A DNA stretch of 64,000 bases from Octopus vulgaris (taxonomy: Eukaryota), in assembly GCA_951406725.2 (NCBI GenBank), contig OX597817.1:109988001-110052000 (forward strand), in the 5' to 3' direction. This document shows positions 28,230-42,547 of the stretch, one piece after another. Under the pieces are notes generated by a model. That model made no database searches and was not told the DNA's origin. It worked only from the letters and a program-made list of their open reading frames with translations. The position numbers and the translations under genes are program-made. Positions within the stretch are counted from its first letter, which is position 1, and each line of letters opens with the position of its first letter.

Positions 28230-30254
28230 AAATGCAGGTGTGCATGCTGCATGCATGCATGCATGTGTGTAAAAGTACATTTTATAGCTCTTTTGGCTAA
28301 CAATAGAGACTTGAGTTTCATGAGAAATATTGAAGTCAAATCAGCTTCTGTAGATTATAGACAAACAAGTATGACTGGGTAACAATTACTATGTTTTCAT
28401 TAATTATTTTTGGGGCCCTCTGTACTTTTGAGCAGACACAGACACGTTCCTCTCAACTCTCCAACACAGCAGCACAGCACATACAGAATGTGAATGCTGG
28501 AGAGACAGAGTAGCACTGACACTTAGCTGGTGCTTATACTTTCAGCTAAGGAGCCTACAATAATGTGAAATTAAGTATTTTGCTCAAGGATACAACACAT
28601 CTCTTGACCAACGAACTAAACCTTCTAACTACTTGGCTATGTGTTTCACACACACACACTCACACACACACGAGTGCGCACACATGCACACACCGATAGA
28701 CAATTATTGATTAGGGTTTCACAGTAGTGTGAATAGTAATTAAGCAAAAGGAAGGTCTGAAAACTGTTAGCTAAAATGGCATAACATCATTTATTCAATG
28801 TTAACTATGCATGTATCACTACTCAGAGTTTCTTCTTTCTGGTCCTCTGACATATGTATGTGCATGTGTGTGTGTGTGTGTGTGTGTGCATTGTTGGTTG
28901 ATTCAGTTACATAGTATACAGGTGTGGAATCAAACAGGTGAATTTATAACGAATGCATAACAAGTAGGCATGGCCATGTGGTAAAAAAGTTTGCTTCCAA
29001 ACCACATAGTTCCAGGTTCAGTCCCACTGCACGAAACCTTAGGCAAGTGTCTCCCTCTATAACCACAGGCTGACCAAAGCCTTATAAGTGGATTACGTAG
29101 AGAGAAACTGAAAGAAACCTGTCATATATATTTCTTTATTCCCCACAGGGGGCTAAACACAGAGGGGACAAACAAAGAGATTAAGTTGATTACATTGACC
29201 CCAGTGCATAACTGATACTTATTTAATCAACCTTACTAAAAATGTGGGGTTGAGGGAGATTTAGCTGCAACCTTTAGCAGGGCAAGTGACTGCTTAGAGA
29301 TTCCTGCAGTGTGTAGTAATGAAATCTATTATATCAAGGCAGAAAATATTTTAGCTTTTTTTATTGTTATATTTTTTTTTTTACTCTTTGAAGTTTCAAA
29401 TTGATAAAAACCCAAATTTTTTCATAAATTAAAATCAATAGTGAAAGAATTTGAAACTGAACATGTTTTTTCAACAATTCAAATTTTAGGGTGTAGGCAT
29501 TTTTTTTATTGTTGTCTATTTATTTATATATTTATATAATTATTTATTTATTTCTGATTCAATCCTGCAACTTCCACTGCCATTTTGCTTTCTGAAAACA
29601 TGTTTTATCGAGAATGAATTTGAAAGAGGAGAAAAAAAAAAATAAGGAGAAATGGAATCAAAATTCCTTTCTCTTGTTATATTTGTTATATGATTCTGCA
29701 GCTTATTTTCAGTATTTGTTATCTGTTATTATTTCCTTTCCATCACTGAACAGCAGCAAATGGTTGGACATAGGGTTTTAGTTGATAATATCAACCCTGG
29801 TAATTTGTTTAATAATTTTTTTCATCAATCTCATAATATATGATATTCAATGTGGATATCATTGGTCTAAAGAGAGATAGCACAAATACTGCAAAATATC
29901 TCTGTTCAAAAGAACAGTTTTTGCCCAACCCAACTCACACCAATATATGATACACACACATATAAATATACACATACAGAATTATTAGTGAGTGATTATC
30001 AATCCAGGCAAAATATTTTATAAGCTCTCTGTTAGTACACCAGGTGAACAATATTGTTTAGATTAGTAAAAGACTCCACACATTCTTCTGACAGGGTCCA
30101 AGGTTATAGTTCATTACCATTCTATATTGTAAATACATGGTTTTGTTTCAGTTATACTGGTTTTTACACAGAGTGATATACAAGACAAGGTATAAATAAT
30201 GGTCACAATAAATATGTAATGACTGTTATTTATGACTTGTCTTAAATATATGTA

Positions 30255-30298
<44 letters not shown>

Positions 30299-30534
30299 CA
30301 GAGAAAGAGAGAGAGAGAAATAGAGATAGAAGGAACAGATAAGAGAAGTAACAGTGAGAGAATAGATGTTTATTCCATTTGCTTACAGCTGTTTCATAAT
30401 CTTGTTAGCTATATAATCAATAATTACATCAATATTAACACATAAGATATACAGGCATATATAAACATGACTTCTACAGCTGGATGCCCTTCCTAATGCC
30501 CACCCATGTTTTTTTTTGAGAGAGAGGAGGGGAA

Positions 30535-31140
30535 TTTAATTACAATGACCCCAGCACTTGACTGGTACTTATTTTACTGATCCCAAAAGGATGAAAGGCA
30601 AAGTCAGCCTCAGCAGAATTTGAACTCAGAACATAAGATATGAAATGCTACTAAGTATTTTGTTTGGCATGCTAATTGACTCTGCTAGCTCACTACCTTA
30701 ATAATAATAATAATAATAATAATAGTTCCAAATTTTGGCACAAGTTCAGCAATTGTTTATTGGGCAAGGCTTAGTCAATTACATTGACACTCCCCACCCC
30801 CACCCCAGTACTCAACTTGCACATATTTTATTGATCCCCAAAACGATGAAAGATAAAGTCAACCATGGTGGAATTAGAACTCAGAAGAAATACCACTAAG
30901 AATTTTGTCTAATGTGTTACCAATTCTGCCAGCTCAGGCAGAAGGCCAACAATTTAGAATAGGGGAGGGATTAATTAATACCATCACCCCCAGTTCTTGA
31001 GTGGTGCTCTATTTTATAGACCCTGGGTAATGAAAGGCAAAGTTGACCTCAACAGGATTTGAACTAAGAAACATGAAAAAAAACAGAAGAAATACTACAA
31101 GTTATTTTATCTAACATTCTAACAGTTCTGCCAACCCACT
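30535..31140 (-). mobile_element. Three consecutive minus-strand SINE family B copies
   Basis: Repeated ccccag...tttta.tgatccc...atgaaaggcaaagt...gaatttgaactcagaa...ctgccagctc motifs at about 30535-30700, 30780-30935 and 30960-31140. Confidence 0.7.
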
Positions 31141-31159
31141 GTCCATTGATAATAATAAC

Positions 31160-31160
<1 letters not shown>

Positions 31161-31193
<33 letters not shown>

Positions 31194-31260
31194 TATGAAC
31201 TGCTGAAACTGCTACATCTGCTGCTACCATTACTACAATTAACATTACAGCAACTACTAT

Positions 31261-31291
<31 letters not shown>

Positions 31292-31425
31292 GCAAGTACT
31301 ACAGCAACAACTACTACTACAACTACTACTACTACTACTACTATTACTACTACTACTAATACTACTACCACCACTACTACCACCACCACTACTACCACCA
31401 CTACCACCACCACCACCGACACCAA
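31161..31425. repeat. Compound (AGT)n / (ACT)n / (ACC)n microsatellite
   Basis: Directly visible trinucleotide tracts. Confidence 0.9.
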
Positions 31426-31531
31426 CACCTAGATCCAACACTCACATAACAATAGCCTGCAAAAGCCATTGTAAATATCAGCAGACATGAAAGAACAAGT
31501 TTCTGTTTATTGAAAAGGTATTGTAATAAAC

Positions 31532-31577
<46 letters not shown>

Positions 31578-32954
31578 TAAATAACACTACTAATAATGAC
31601 TGTGATGTTGATGATGGTGATGGTGATGATGAGGATAATTTCTTTACTTATTTATTAACTGCATTTTCATAACGATTTCATCTTAGACACGTTTACTATT
31701 CAGTCTATAAAGCTGCAAATTAGTAATATTTACACAGTTGCTCTATGAAATTTACATTATTTAGATACATAATATTTTAATTGATATATTTCTAACGTAA
31801 TAAAACTGTCAATTTTTGTTTTATTTTTCAATATTTGACATCTGAACATTTTTATTGGATGTTTGGCAAAAGGACAGAGATTCAAACTAAATGTTCTTTT
31901 AGTGTATGGCTCCATTGTTGTACACTTTGAGTTCCAATCTCACACTGGATTGACCGCTTACTAATGATGATTATAAGGAATGATGAACCTGGTAATTAAT
32001 GGTAATGAAGACACTGCTAGTGACAATGATGTTAGTGACTTTTTCCTAAGTATATAAAACCTTACAAATATATACACAAGTTGGCTGTGTAGTTAAAACA
32101 TTTGCTTTCTATCCACATATCCACATGGTTTCATATTCAGTCTTATTGCACAGCACCCGGGGCTATTCCTTCTATTATTGCCCTAGGCTGGCCAAAACCT
32201 TTAGAGTGGATGTGCTACCTTGATTTGGTAATGAAATCCAGTAGAGAGTACATACGAGAAATTACACAGTTGAAACAGAATAGTGTATCAAGAAGGTGCA
32301 CTTTCATACTGCTGTCATCAAGAGAGCTCCCTGTTCACTGAGTTTAAGCCATTAAAAAATTTTTAATGAATCTTTATTGTAATTCAATGAAGAATTGTAA
32401 ATGAACAAGGGACACTACTCTTATATATTGTATGATAGTTGTTCCCCGTTCCACTACTGCTATTAATACCTGTTAGTCTTTGGTCACATGATTTGAATTA
32501 ACTAATAAGAATTAATTTCATACATAATCCAATGACAGGAAGCCTTCTTTAGAACTTCATGTGTCTTGTAGCTTATATTGTTAGCATCTGAAGAGTGAGG
32601 GGTCTTATGTCTGAGAAACATTCAAGTTATTTAAATTATAAAGTGTTAATAATCACATCATGTTCAGAAAGCATTTTCCTATACTGGCTCCAAAAACTTT
32701 TGACTCAGAATTACTGCTTTAGTAGAAACATCAACGACCACATTTTACTCATGCATAGAATTTATGCATTTTTCCAAAAGTTTTCTATGTCTAGATGCTC
32801 TTTCTATTGCCAACTGCTACCAAAAATATTAAAGCATAAAAATATATAAATATAGTACAAATATATCTAGTACAAATATTTAACCACCACAACACATTGA
32901 GTGCTATTTTCTTTCATTTATACACCAACTTATGTATGTATGTATGTATGTATG

Positions 32955-32998
<44 letters not shown>

Positions 32999-33310
32999 CA
33001 TATCAACAGGGTGGAGAGTGTCTGTGAGGTGTTGTGGAAGCCTTATAGGACCTAAACTTTTTGCTTGCGCAATCATAAGCAAGGTGCATTTCCATTGCCC
33101 TGTCAAGTAGGAGGCTGCCACAGCAAGCATGGAAACTGTTGGTATGTACCTGGTTGAAGCCAACCGTTGGTGCAATAACCTCATGCATGGACACTTCTGA
33201 CATTTTGTATGAGTAACAGTCAGTAATGATCTTCCTAAGTCATGAGTGGACAGCCATCATGTACATATGTATATATTTACGTATGTATATGTACGTATGT
33301 ATATATGCAA

Positions 33311-33477
33311 AAATAAAAGCTTAAGCATTCTAATGCTATAATTGATGCACATGAATGAAAACATATACACTAGCAAGGACCATAATTGTCAAAAGAATGC
33401 CGATTGAGACAAGTATGGTGTATATGTTTTCATTCACATGCATTAGCTGCAGTATTAGAGCACTTTAGCTCTTATTT
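33311..33477. repeat. Fold-back inverted repeat (60-bp arms, MITE-like)
   Basis: Arms 33311-33370 and 33418-33477 are reverse complements with 13 mismatches; innermost 19 bp perfect. Confidence 0.85.
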
Positions 33478-33584
33478 CTAGCAACATAGGTGTTTCCTTA
33501 CAACTTAGTCACATTTAGTGACAGTTATAATTTTCCTTTTTGTGAAATATTCCAAACCGTTGTTTATATTAATTTTATGTGTAT

Positions 33585-33960
33585 TGGCTGTGTGGTAATA
33601 GCTTGCTTACCAACCACATGGTTCTGGGTTCAGTCCTGCTGCGTGGCATCTTGGGCAAGTGACTTCTACTATAGGCCAACCAAAGCCTTGTGAGTGGATT
33701 TGGTAGACAGAAACTCAAAGAAGACCGTCGTATATATGTATATATATTATATATGTGTGTATGTGTGTCTGCGTTTGTCCCCCTAGCATTGCTTGACAAC
33801 CTATGCTGGTGTGTTTATGTCCCCGTCACTTAGTTGTTTGGCAAAAGAGACCGATAGAATAAGTACTGAGCTTATAAAGAATAAGTTCCGGGGTCGATTT
33901 GCTCGACTAAAGGCGGTGCTCCAACATGGGCAGTCAAATGACTGAAACAAGTAAAAGAGT
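33585..33960 (+). mobile_element. SINE family A
   Basis: tggctgtgtggtaatagcttgcttaccaaccacatggttc...gactgaaacaagtaaaagagt. Confidence 0.9.
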
Positions 33961-34515
33961 ATATTTATGTACAATCATATGTCTGTTTGGGATTTTTCCC
34001 CTCCCTTTCAATACTAGCAAGTGTTGGACCAGTTTACAATATGGTATATCTTCATCATTCCTCTCAATCTTCTGATATCGAATAGGTGAAGCTTAACATC
34101 TTTCTACACAATTATTCATTTGTTTTCTTTAGCTCTCCTTGTAGATTCCTTTATCAATGCATAGTATGCTTTTGCAGGGCATGCTGCCATGTACATTTGC
34201 ATCACATATTCATATAGGTGCAGCTGTCTATCTATAATGCATTGGATGAGACCTTTGGTATTAAGCTGATTATTCAGCTTACTGCACATAAAAAACACAA
34301 ATGCATACTCTTTCCATACCATTTAAATTTGCACATCTAACAGATTATATATTAATATAATTATCAGTATTATTTTAATCTCTTCAATTTGTCTATTGTA
34401 TGTCTCCAAATGATGACAAAACAAATAAACTGATGACTAGATTATCATATTATCCATACAAGCTGAACTCTAATAATTAACAAAATACTGAACAAAAAAC
34501 TCTTCATTAGCAATA

Positions 34516-34825
<310 letters not shown>

Positions 34826-35045
34826 GGTAGTGAGCTGGCAGAATTGATAGTGCACCAGACAAAACACTTAGTGGAATTTTATCCATCTATATGTTCTGAG
34901 TTCAAATTCCACCAAGGTCAACCTTGCCTGTCATCCTTTTGAGATTGATAAAATAAATAGCAGTTGAGTACTGGAGTCAATGTAATCAACTGATCTGCTC
35001 CACCCCCAAAAAATCTGCTGGCCTTGTGTAAAAATTTGAAACCTT
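34826..35045 (+). mobile_element. SINE family B
   Basis: ggtagtgagctggcagaattg...gttctgagttcaaattccaccaaggtcaaccttgcc... Confidence 0.8.
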
Positions 35046-35117
35046 TATCATTATCATTATTATTTTTGCCCTGATAGCAAATAAATGAAATCATTATTAT
35101 TATTATTATTATTATTA

Positions 35118-35517
35118 TTGAGTGAGAGAGCAGTGCATGCCATCAAAGTGACACTGGGGTAAAATATACGAAGCCCAGTAAACCCATCATGACTACCCGT
35201 CTGATAAGGGTACACTAGGCACATGCATCACAACCATATGTGTGCAACATGGTGATCTCATATCAAAATAAACAGCACATGACCTTGCAGGTGGGGCCCA
35301 GTTAGAATTTTCTTCAGGTCGAGTAACCCATCCCACTTGAAAGGTCCCTGAATAAGGGTTGTTTAAGGATGTTGAACGAAACACCCATATTTCCAGAGGT
35401 GAATTATTCAAACCCCAAAGAATCCCTCTCAACACATGGCTATGATGCTCCCCCACTACTTCTGCCCGTGATCAGAGATGCACATATCGTCAGCCACTAA
35501 GGGACATGCTCCACTGG

Positions 35518-35520
<3 letters not shown>
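35118..35520 (-). mobile_element. About 400-bp retroposon 3' fragment embedded in (TTA)n
   Basis: GC-balanced island bounded on both sides by (TTA)n; on the minus strand it ends ...gctctctcactc(aat)n; no ORF with recognisable motifs. (TAA)n targeting is known for Dong/R4-type elements (inference). Confidence 0.5.
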
Positions 35521-35580
<60 letters not shown>

Positions 35581-36132
35581 TTTGCCCTCATGGCAAATAA
35601 ATGACATTATTACTATTATTATTTTTATTATTATGATCATCATTTAAAGGCGATGAGGTAACAGAATTATTACCATACCAAACAAAAATTCTAACCAGCA
35701 TTTCACTCATCAATACATTTTGGGTTTAAATTCCACTGAGGTTGACTTTGTCTTCCATCCTCCAAGCAATGGGATCTATATAATCAACTTATCCACAAGG
35801 CCTCCGCCCCAAAGATTCAAGCCTTGTGGTTTTTAGCAGAAATGACTCTTGTTATTATTTTACTGAACCATTAGAGTGTTGAACAAAATGTCTGGTGGTA
35901 ATTGTTTCAGTCCTACATGCTCTGATTTCAAATACTGCTACAGTCAAATTTGCCTTTCATCTTTTCAGAGTCAATAAAAATTATAATTCCAAACATGTAT
36001 TGGGATCAATGTAATCAATTGAACTCTTCCCCTAAAAATTGTTGGCTTTGTGTCATAATCAGAAATCACTGTTGTTGTTGTCATTATTGTCATTATTATT
36101 ATTATTATTATTGTTATTATTATTATTATTAT

Positions 36133-36174
<42 letters not shown>

Positions 36175-36407
36175 ATAGACAGATACTGCTAGAGAGAGAG
36201 AAAGAAAGAGAGAGAGAGAGAGAGGGAGGGAGGGAGAGAGAGAGAGAATTTAAAGTTGGCTTGAACTTTTTCTTTCTGTTGATACTAATCTGAAAATTAA
36301 CCGAAATGTCTACTGCAGAAACGAAATGAATTAGAATATAGACAAACCAAATAATAATAATAGTAGTAGTAGTGGTGGTGGTGGTGGTGGTAGTGGTAGT
36401 AGTAGTG

Positions 36408-36449
<42 letters not shown>

Positions 36450-36450
36450 A

Positions 36451-36645
36451 TGGCAACAAGCTGGCAGAATTGTTAGCATGCCGGGCAAAATACTTAATGG
36501 TATTTAATCTGTTTTTATGTTCTGAGTTCAAATTCTGCCGAGGTCAACTTTGCCTTTCATCCTTTTGGGGTCAAAGAAATAAGTACCAGTGAAACACCGG
36601 GGTTGATGTAATCGACTTACCCTCACCCCCAAAATTCCTGGTCTT
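36451..36645 (+). mobile_element. SINE family B
   Basis: ggcaacaagctggcagaattgttagcatgccgggcaaaat...gagttcaaattctgccgaggtcaactttgcc... Confidence 0.85.
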
Positions 36646-37155
36646 CTTTCAATTTTGTTGCCATTTCTTACCAAGTGTCCTCCCAACACCTAGGGCAAAA
36701 AAAACCCCTACTGTATACATTGGTAGGCCATTAAAATAAACACACCAAACAGTTCATTTACAAAGTCGTGATAGAAGAAAGGGAAGAAAGACAGGGGAAA
36801 GAAGGAAAAAAATGAAAAAAGGAAACAAAGAAAAAGGGAAAGCAAAGAAAATACACAGTGACAATGCTTTTCTCAATACATGTTACATATCAGTTATGAC
36901 AATTTTTTACACTTCCTGCATGGATGATACGCCAGGGATTATTATTATTATTATTGTTATTATTATTTGTGTTCTCAGTCTAAAAGCCACCGAGGTCAAC
37001 TTCACCTATCATCGTTTTGAGATCACTAAAATAAAATATCAACTGTGTCTGGATAAAACATGGGTTAGAATGTTTTAGATCATTCCAACCATGACCAACC
37101 CATCAAGGATATTTGTGTTCAGCTTTGAAGTAGGTTTAAACAACAACAGCTTTAA

Positions 37156-37359
37156 CCCTTTAGCATTTAAACCAGATGTATCTGGCCAAAATATTTTGGC
37201 TGCCTTATATTCAAACCAGCTGGATCAGGTCTCTCGCACCTCCTCTACAATGTCATCATCAAGATCTCAAAGCTATGAGAAAATGTAAGATTAATTCAAA
37301 ACAATACAAATAAACAAGCATTACATTACATTAGACAGAGCAATTTGAACGCTAAAAAG
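37156..37359. mobile_element. TTAA-flanked (piggyBac-type) MITE
   Basis: TTAA-CCCTTTAGCATTTAAA ... TTTGAACGCTAAAAAG-TTAA; relatives at 4276-4510 and 57498-57577 (one end, reversed). Confidence 0.7.
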
Positions 37360-39538
37360 TTAAAGAGTAAAGGTTTCTTCTCTACTGTCTGAATGGTTGG
37401 AAGAATTTCTATAATGGTAGTAGAGCAGCTCTTTAAAACCAAATATCGTTGATAGCAATTTCATCATCATCACCACTGCCACCACCATCATTGGCATTAT
37501 CTTCATCTTCTAGTCCCTAGCATACCCAGAGGCAGGATGGTTGCATTAGGAATATCTTGGATCATAAGTTTGCTTGATGAGGCCCAAAAACATCAACAAC
37601 AATTCTTTGTATAGGAAGCAGCAGCAGTGGTATTACCATTTTCACCTTCACCTTCTTCATCATCATTATAATCATAACCACCACTAGGTGCATCACTCTT
37701 TATCGTCAGTAGCATCATAGTGATCACCATCATTAAGAACAACAAAGAGAGAGGCCTCTAAATGGTTGCTTCACCTGCTAGAAACAGCAGCTAAATCACC
37801 TATAAATCAGACCCTACTGACTTAAACAATGCAGGGCACATTTGATAATGTAGGCTTAAACATAATGTAGTATTAGCTATATTATGTCTGAAAACAAACC
37901 TTGATGGACATGGTCAAAACAACATCAATCCTTGCCATAATCATCAATGGCTCTGGCTTCATATCCAACACCAACAGCATACTGTTTGGCACTACTGCCA
38001 GGTATGTCAATACTTATCCTTATCAGTAGCAATAGCAGTGACATTAAAACCATCGCCACTACTACCACCATCATGATCTTCATCATCATGTCTAGTGTGA
38101 CTGCAATCATCATTATCATCAACCGCTGTTAAAAGTTTTCTTTCATTTACCTCATGCATTATTTGAGATTTCATCACAAACCCAAATGAATAAGTAGAAA
38201 ACCATATTACTACTATAACTGATAATAATAAATCCCACCAATAAATCCTTTATTATTATTGTTGTTGCTGTGGTTGTTTATGAATGAATGGGCCTGCCCT
38301 GAACATACACCTGTAGTTGAAAAAAAAAGAGAGGAAAAAAAGGCACCTGCTCCAAAAGTCAGGGTACCCATGGTTTTTTTATGGGTTTTTTTCCATGAGT
38401 AGCCCTTGAAGGTCTCTTCCCTATTGAAGATTACACATTATTGATTTCTTTTTTTCCTTTTTTTTTTTCAAATTTTGTTAGTCTTGTTTACATGCAAAAC
38501 CCTCAACAACACACTCACACACATTTTTTGTTTTGTTCTGTGATGTCCATAATGTTTTTCTTAATGTAAACCCTCGTGGTTAATAAAGAAATCAATATTA
38601 TCATCATCATCATTATCATCATCATTATTATTTTTATTATTATTGTGTCTTGAGATAAGCAGTAAGGGGCAAATCCAATCCAGTAAATCTACCTCTTGGG
38701 TGGACTAAATTGAAAGGTTATGTAGATAAATATGATAAATATGCAATCTAAAATGTTATTGGCTACTGTGGGAGTAATAACAAATAGAACATGGCTTTGG
38801 TTCAGCTTCAGGGTGTATGTGTGTGTTTATATATCAGCTTACCGGGTAGGAAGATTCCAATGTATTTGAATGGTCTGGAATGTCTCCATTCAGGGAACTA
38901 TATGTAGGGACACAGTGGAATTGAAAAATTGATAGAGAATATATACAGAAACAAACAATTTCCTGGCACTGTAATAATAATATATCAATTATTATAATGA
39001 TGGATGGAAAGGTGAAAGTCATGAGAAAGAAAACTAGAGAGAATTAGACCTTATATAAAATTGAAATCAAATTCTTTTGTGTATTTGCATTATTTATATG
39101 TCTGAAGAGTGGTGAGTGGATAGGATATAACGGTAGCAACTACTAAGTGTATGTAGTGAATGCTTTCCACCATTTATTTTCAGCCCTTTACATTCTGAGT
39201 TCAAGTCCTTGTCAAGATTTAAACTCAGATAAAATAGGTACCACTTAAGAACAGAACCAATCAAATCAAGTGATCTCATCCTATAACATTTGGTGCCTAG
39301 ATCCTGATTTAGAAACAAGAGTGGTGGATTGGTAGGATCATTAGAATGTTGGGGACAAATGTCTTACAGTATTTATTCTGGCTCTTAACATTCAGAGTTC
39401 AAATCTTGCTAACATCAGCTTTGCTTTCTATCTATCTAGGGGGTCAATAAAATAAGGTATCACTCAAGTACTTGAGATGATTTACTTGACTACACCTACC
39501 AAAATTATAGATTTGTACTTATAATAATAATTTTTAGT

Positions 39539-39857
39539 GAAGGTGCATGACTTAATGGTTAGGGTATTCAGCTCATGATCACAAGATTGTGAGTTCACTT
39601 CCCGGTGACACATTATGTCCCTGAGCAACACATAATGTTACTTCCATCCACTCAACTGGCAAAAATGAGTAGTACCTGTATTTCAAAAGGCCAGCCTTGT
39701 CACACTCTGTCTTACATTGAATCTCCCTGAGAACTACGTTAAGGGTACATGTGTTTGTGGACTGCTCAACCACATGCACGTTAATTTTATGAACAGATTG
39801 TTCCATTGATTGGATCAACTGGAGTCCTTATCATCATAACTAATGGAGTGCCAGTGC
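39539..39857 (+). mobile_element. SINE family C variant
   Basis: gaaggtgcatgacttaatggttagggtattcagctcatgatcacaagattgtgagttcacttccc... with A/B-box-like head. Confidence 0.7.
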
Positions 39858-41210
39858 TTAGTGAATAATTCTTAAAAGAGCCGTTGATTGACTGAATCAT
39901 TAGAGTATTGGAAAAAATGCTTTGTGGTATTTCTTTCAGCTCTTCATGTTCAATGTCCAAATCCCACAAAGGTCAACTTTGCCTTTCATCTCCCTGAGGT
40001 TGATAAAATAAAGTACCGGTCTCATAGTTCCATTTTCAATTATGCTCTTTTAGACCAAGATGGATTTAGCCTTTTGTAAGCGCAGGCATGGCTGTGTGGT
40101 TAGGGAGCTTGCTTCCTAACTACATGGTTTCGGGTTCAGTCCCACTGCGTGGCACATTGGGCAGGAGTCTTCCGCTATAGCCCCGAGCCGACCGGAGTTT
40201 TGTGATTGAATTCGGTAGGCGGGAGTTACTGCCGTGTGTGTATGTGTGCGTATAGCTGCTCAGTGCCTCTCCAAAAGAGAGAGAGGGAATTACTAGGCAA
40301 AATACCATACTTGATAAAACTAGCTAAAAACCCCTAAAGTCCAAAGATTGAAACTTGTAAAAGAATATCTGCTCTAACAAAACATTGTTGAAGTTATTAA
40401 TATCAATGTAGGAGGCAGCAAGCTGGCAGAATGCTTAGCATCATTTCTTCCAACTTTACATTCTGAGATCAAATGCCACCGAGATCAAATTTGCATTTCA
40501 ATCTTTTTGGGATCAATAAAATAAGTACCAATTAAGTACTGGGGTTGATGTAATCAACTAATCACATGCTCCAAATTTCAGGATTTTTGTGTCGATATTG
40601 AAAAGGATTAACATCAATAGTTTTTCTGAATTTTATTTTACTCATTTACCTAGAAATTCTGCAGCTATTTTGCATGCTTTGAACATTTTCAAATTTCTAT
40701 GATAATCAGGGTCAATAATAATCCTGAAATAATCCCACAGAAATAGTTATAAAACTCTGTTTTACACAACTGCCAATCATTTGCCATAACACAGCAATCA
40801 TGCAACATCTGTGTTGTACTACCTGAACAATTCAATATATTATGATATAGAATCTAAAATGATTTTTCATTAAGTGGGGTTTCTGCATGGTTTCACTTAA
40901 TACAAGGAAACCTTGCATAGGCAGACAGTAAGTGCAGCATTCTTAGCAAAAGTGAATATAGGCTTGATAACATGGTTTTGACAACTGTTAGAAATTCTTC
41001 AACTGCAGTGTTGAAGAATTGCACTGAAGTTCTGGAATAGCTGCACAGATATGCTATCAAACATTTGATTAATTGTCTGTCTATATTATCCATCTCTCTC
41101 TTTCTCTTTCTCTTTCTCTTTCTGTATACACACACACACATACACACACATATGCCAATATTATAAATATATGTTATGATGAAAGTGTGGATAATTTTTG
41201 ACTTTCCCTC

Positions 41211-41241
<31 letters not shown>

Positions 41242-41269
41242 CACCCACACATACATATACACTTTTATA

Positions 41270-42497
41270 TTGAGTCATCCCATAAATAATGCAGTTTTTT
41301 ATACTTCTTTTATTTTTCAAAATTAGGATAAACAAAGTTCTTTTTTAATTTAAAATATACTCTCCTTCGTTTTCTACAATGTTCTTCCATCTACCTGGTA
41401 GATTTGCAAGGCCCCTCTTCCAAAATTCACTTGTTCATAATGAAAAATACTCCTCCAGTACCTCGTCTACTGAATTCGTATTTTTTCCAGCCAAAATGAT
41501 TTTGAAGACTGTGGAATAAACAATAATCAGATGGGGCAATGTCTAGTGAATATAGTGGGTGGGACATCATTTCCCATTCAAACTGCTCCAGCTTTTGGAA
41601 TGTCATCCTCACTGCATGTGGCCGAGCATTATCCTGATGGAAGAATACCTTTTGTCTTGAAACCAAAGATGGTTGCTTTTCTTCTAGTACTGACTTAAGC
41701 CGCTCAAGCTGCTCACAGTGGATCTCCTTTGTTATCATTTGGTTTGGGTTTAAAAGTTCAAACTGGACTAAATCTTTCTATCCCACCAAACAGATAACAA
41801 CACCTTATGTGGGTAAAGACCTGCTTTAGCTTGGGGTGCTGGTGTTTTTCCTTTCCCTACCCACTGTCTTCGGTACTTGACGTTCTTATAGAGAACCCAT
41901 TTCTCATCACCAGTCACTATTCAGTCCAAAAAAGGACATAACAGCAAAGAAGAGCACATATTCACTCCCTGGCATGATTAGACTGAGAAAGTTTGTGAGG
42001 AACCCATTGACCAAATTTGCTGACTTTTCCGATGACACACAGGTGTCAATGAACAGTTGAATGACCAAATCCAAGCTTCTCTGCTAGTTCCTCAACAGTT
42101 ACAATGGGATTTTGTTCCACCAGGGTTTGCAGGACATCCTCAACACACTCTACAGATCTACCAGGACAAGGCTCGTCTTCTAGGCTGTAGTTTCCAGCTC
42201 AGAATTTCTGGAACCACCACTGACACTGGCTTATGCTTATTGTCTGATCCCCATATATTGTATTAATATTCCTTGCACTTTTCATTGTGTTGTTGCCATT
42301 AGTGAACTCATAAAGCAAAGTATGCCAAATATGTTCCTTTGTTAAAATCAAACTGCAATCTTCAAAACTTGCACAAAGAATAAGGACAAGGTAAAATTAC
42401 TACCTACTTTTATAGCAAGTTGATGCAGGTAGTTTATCTCATCATCCACTGACTTTTAGTTTATGCAATTGAAACAACTGCAGTATCTATGGGATGA

Positions 42498-42502
<5 letters not shown>
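41270..42502 (-). mobile_element. Older full-length mariner transposon (cecropia/mellifera-like), multiply disabled transposase
   Basis: TIRs TTGAGTCATCCCATAAATAATGCAG / CTGCAGTATCTATGGGATGACTCTA with TA flanks; minus-strand motifs GQWVPHKLS, IVTGDEKWVLY, HQDNARPH, HPLYSLDIAPSDY. Confidence 0.9.

Positions 42503-42547
<45 letters not shown>

Noticed and set aside
31064-31490. Poly-S/G/V/L ORFs; likewise poly-N/D/I ORFs at 34445-34886 and poly-S/D at 21817-22136
   Set aside because: Trinucleotide microsatellites open in several frames on both strands, with no flanking coding signal.
32999-33260. GC-richer island next to (TA)n with short minus-strand ORFs
   Set aside because: Probably a TE fragment, but no motif or structure could be recognised.
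41177-41212. Orphan mariner-like terminus (minus strand ta-tgagggaaagtcaaaaattatcc)
   Set aside because: Single short end with no partner or internal sequence; not enough support.
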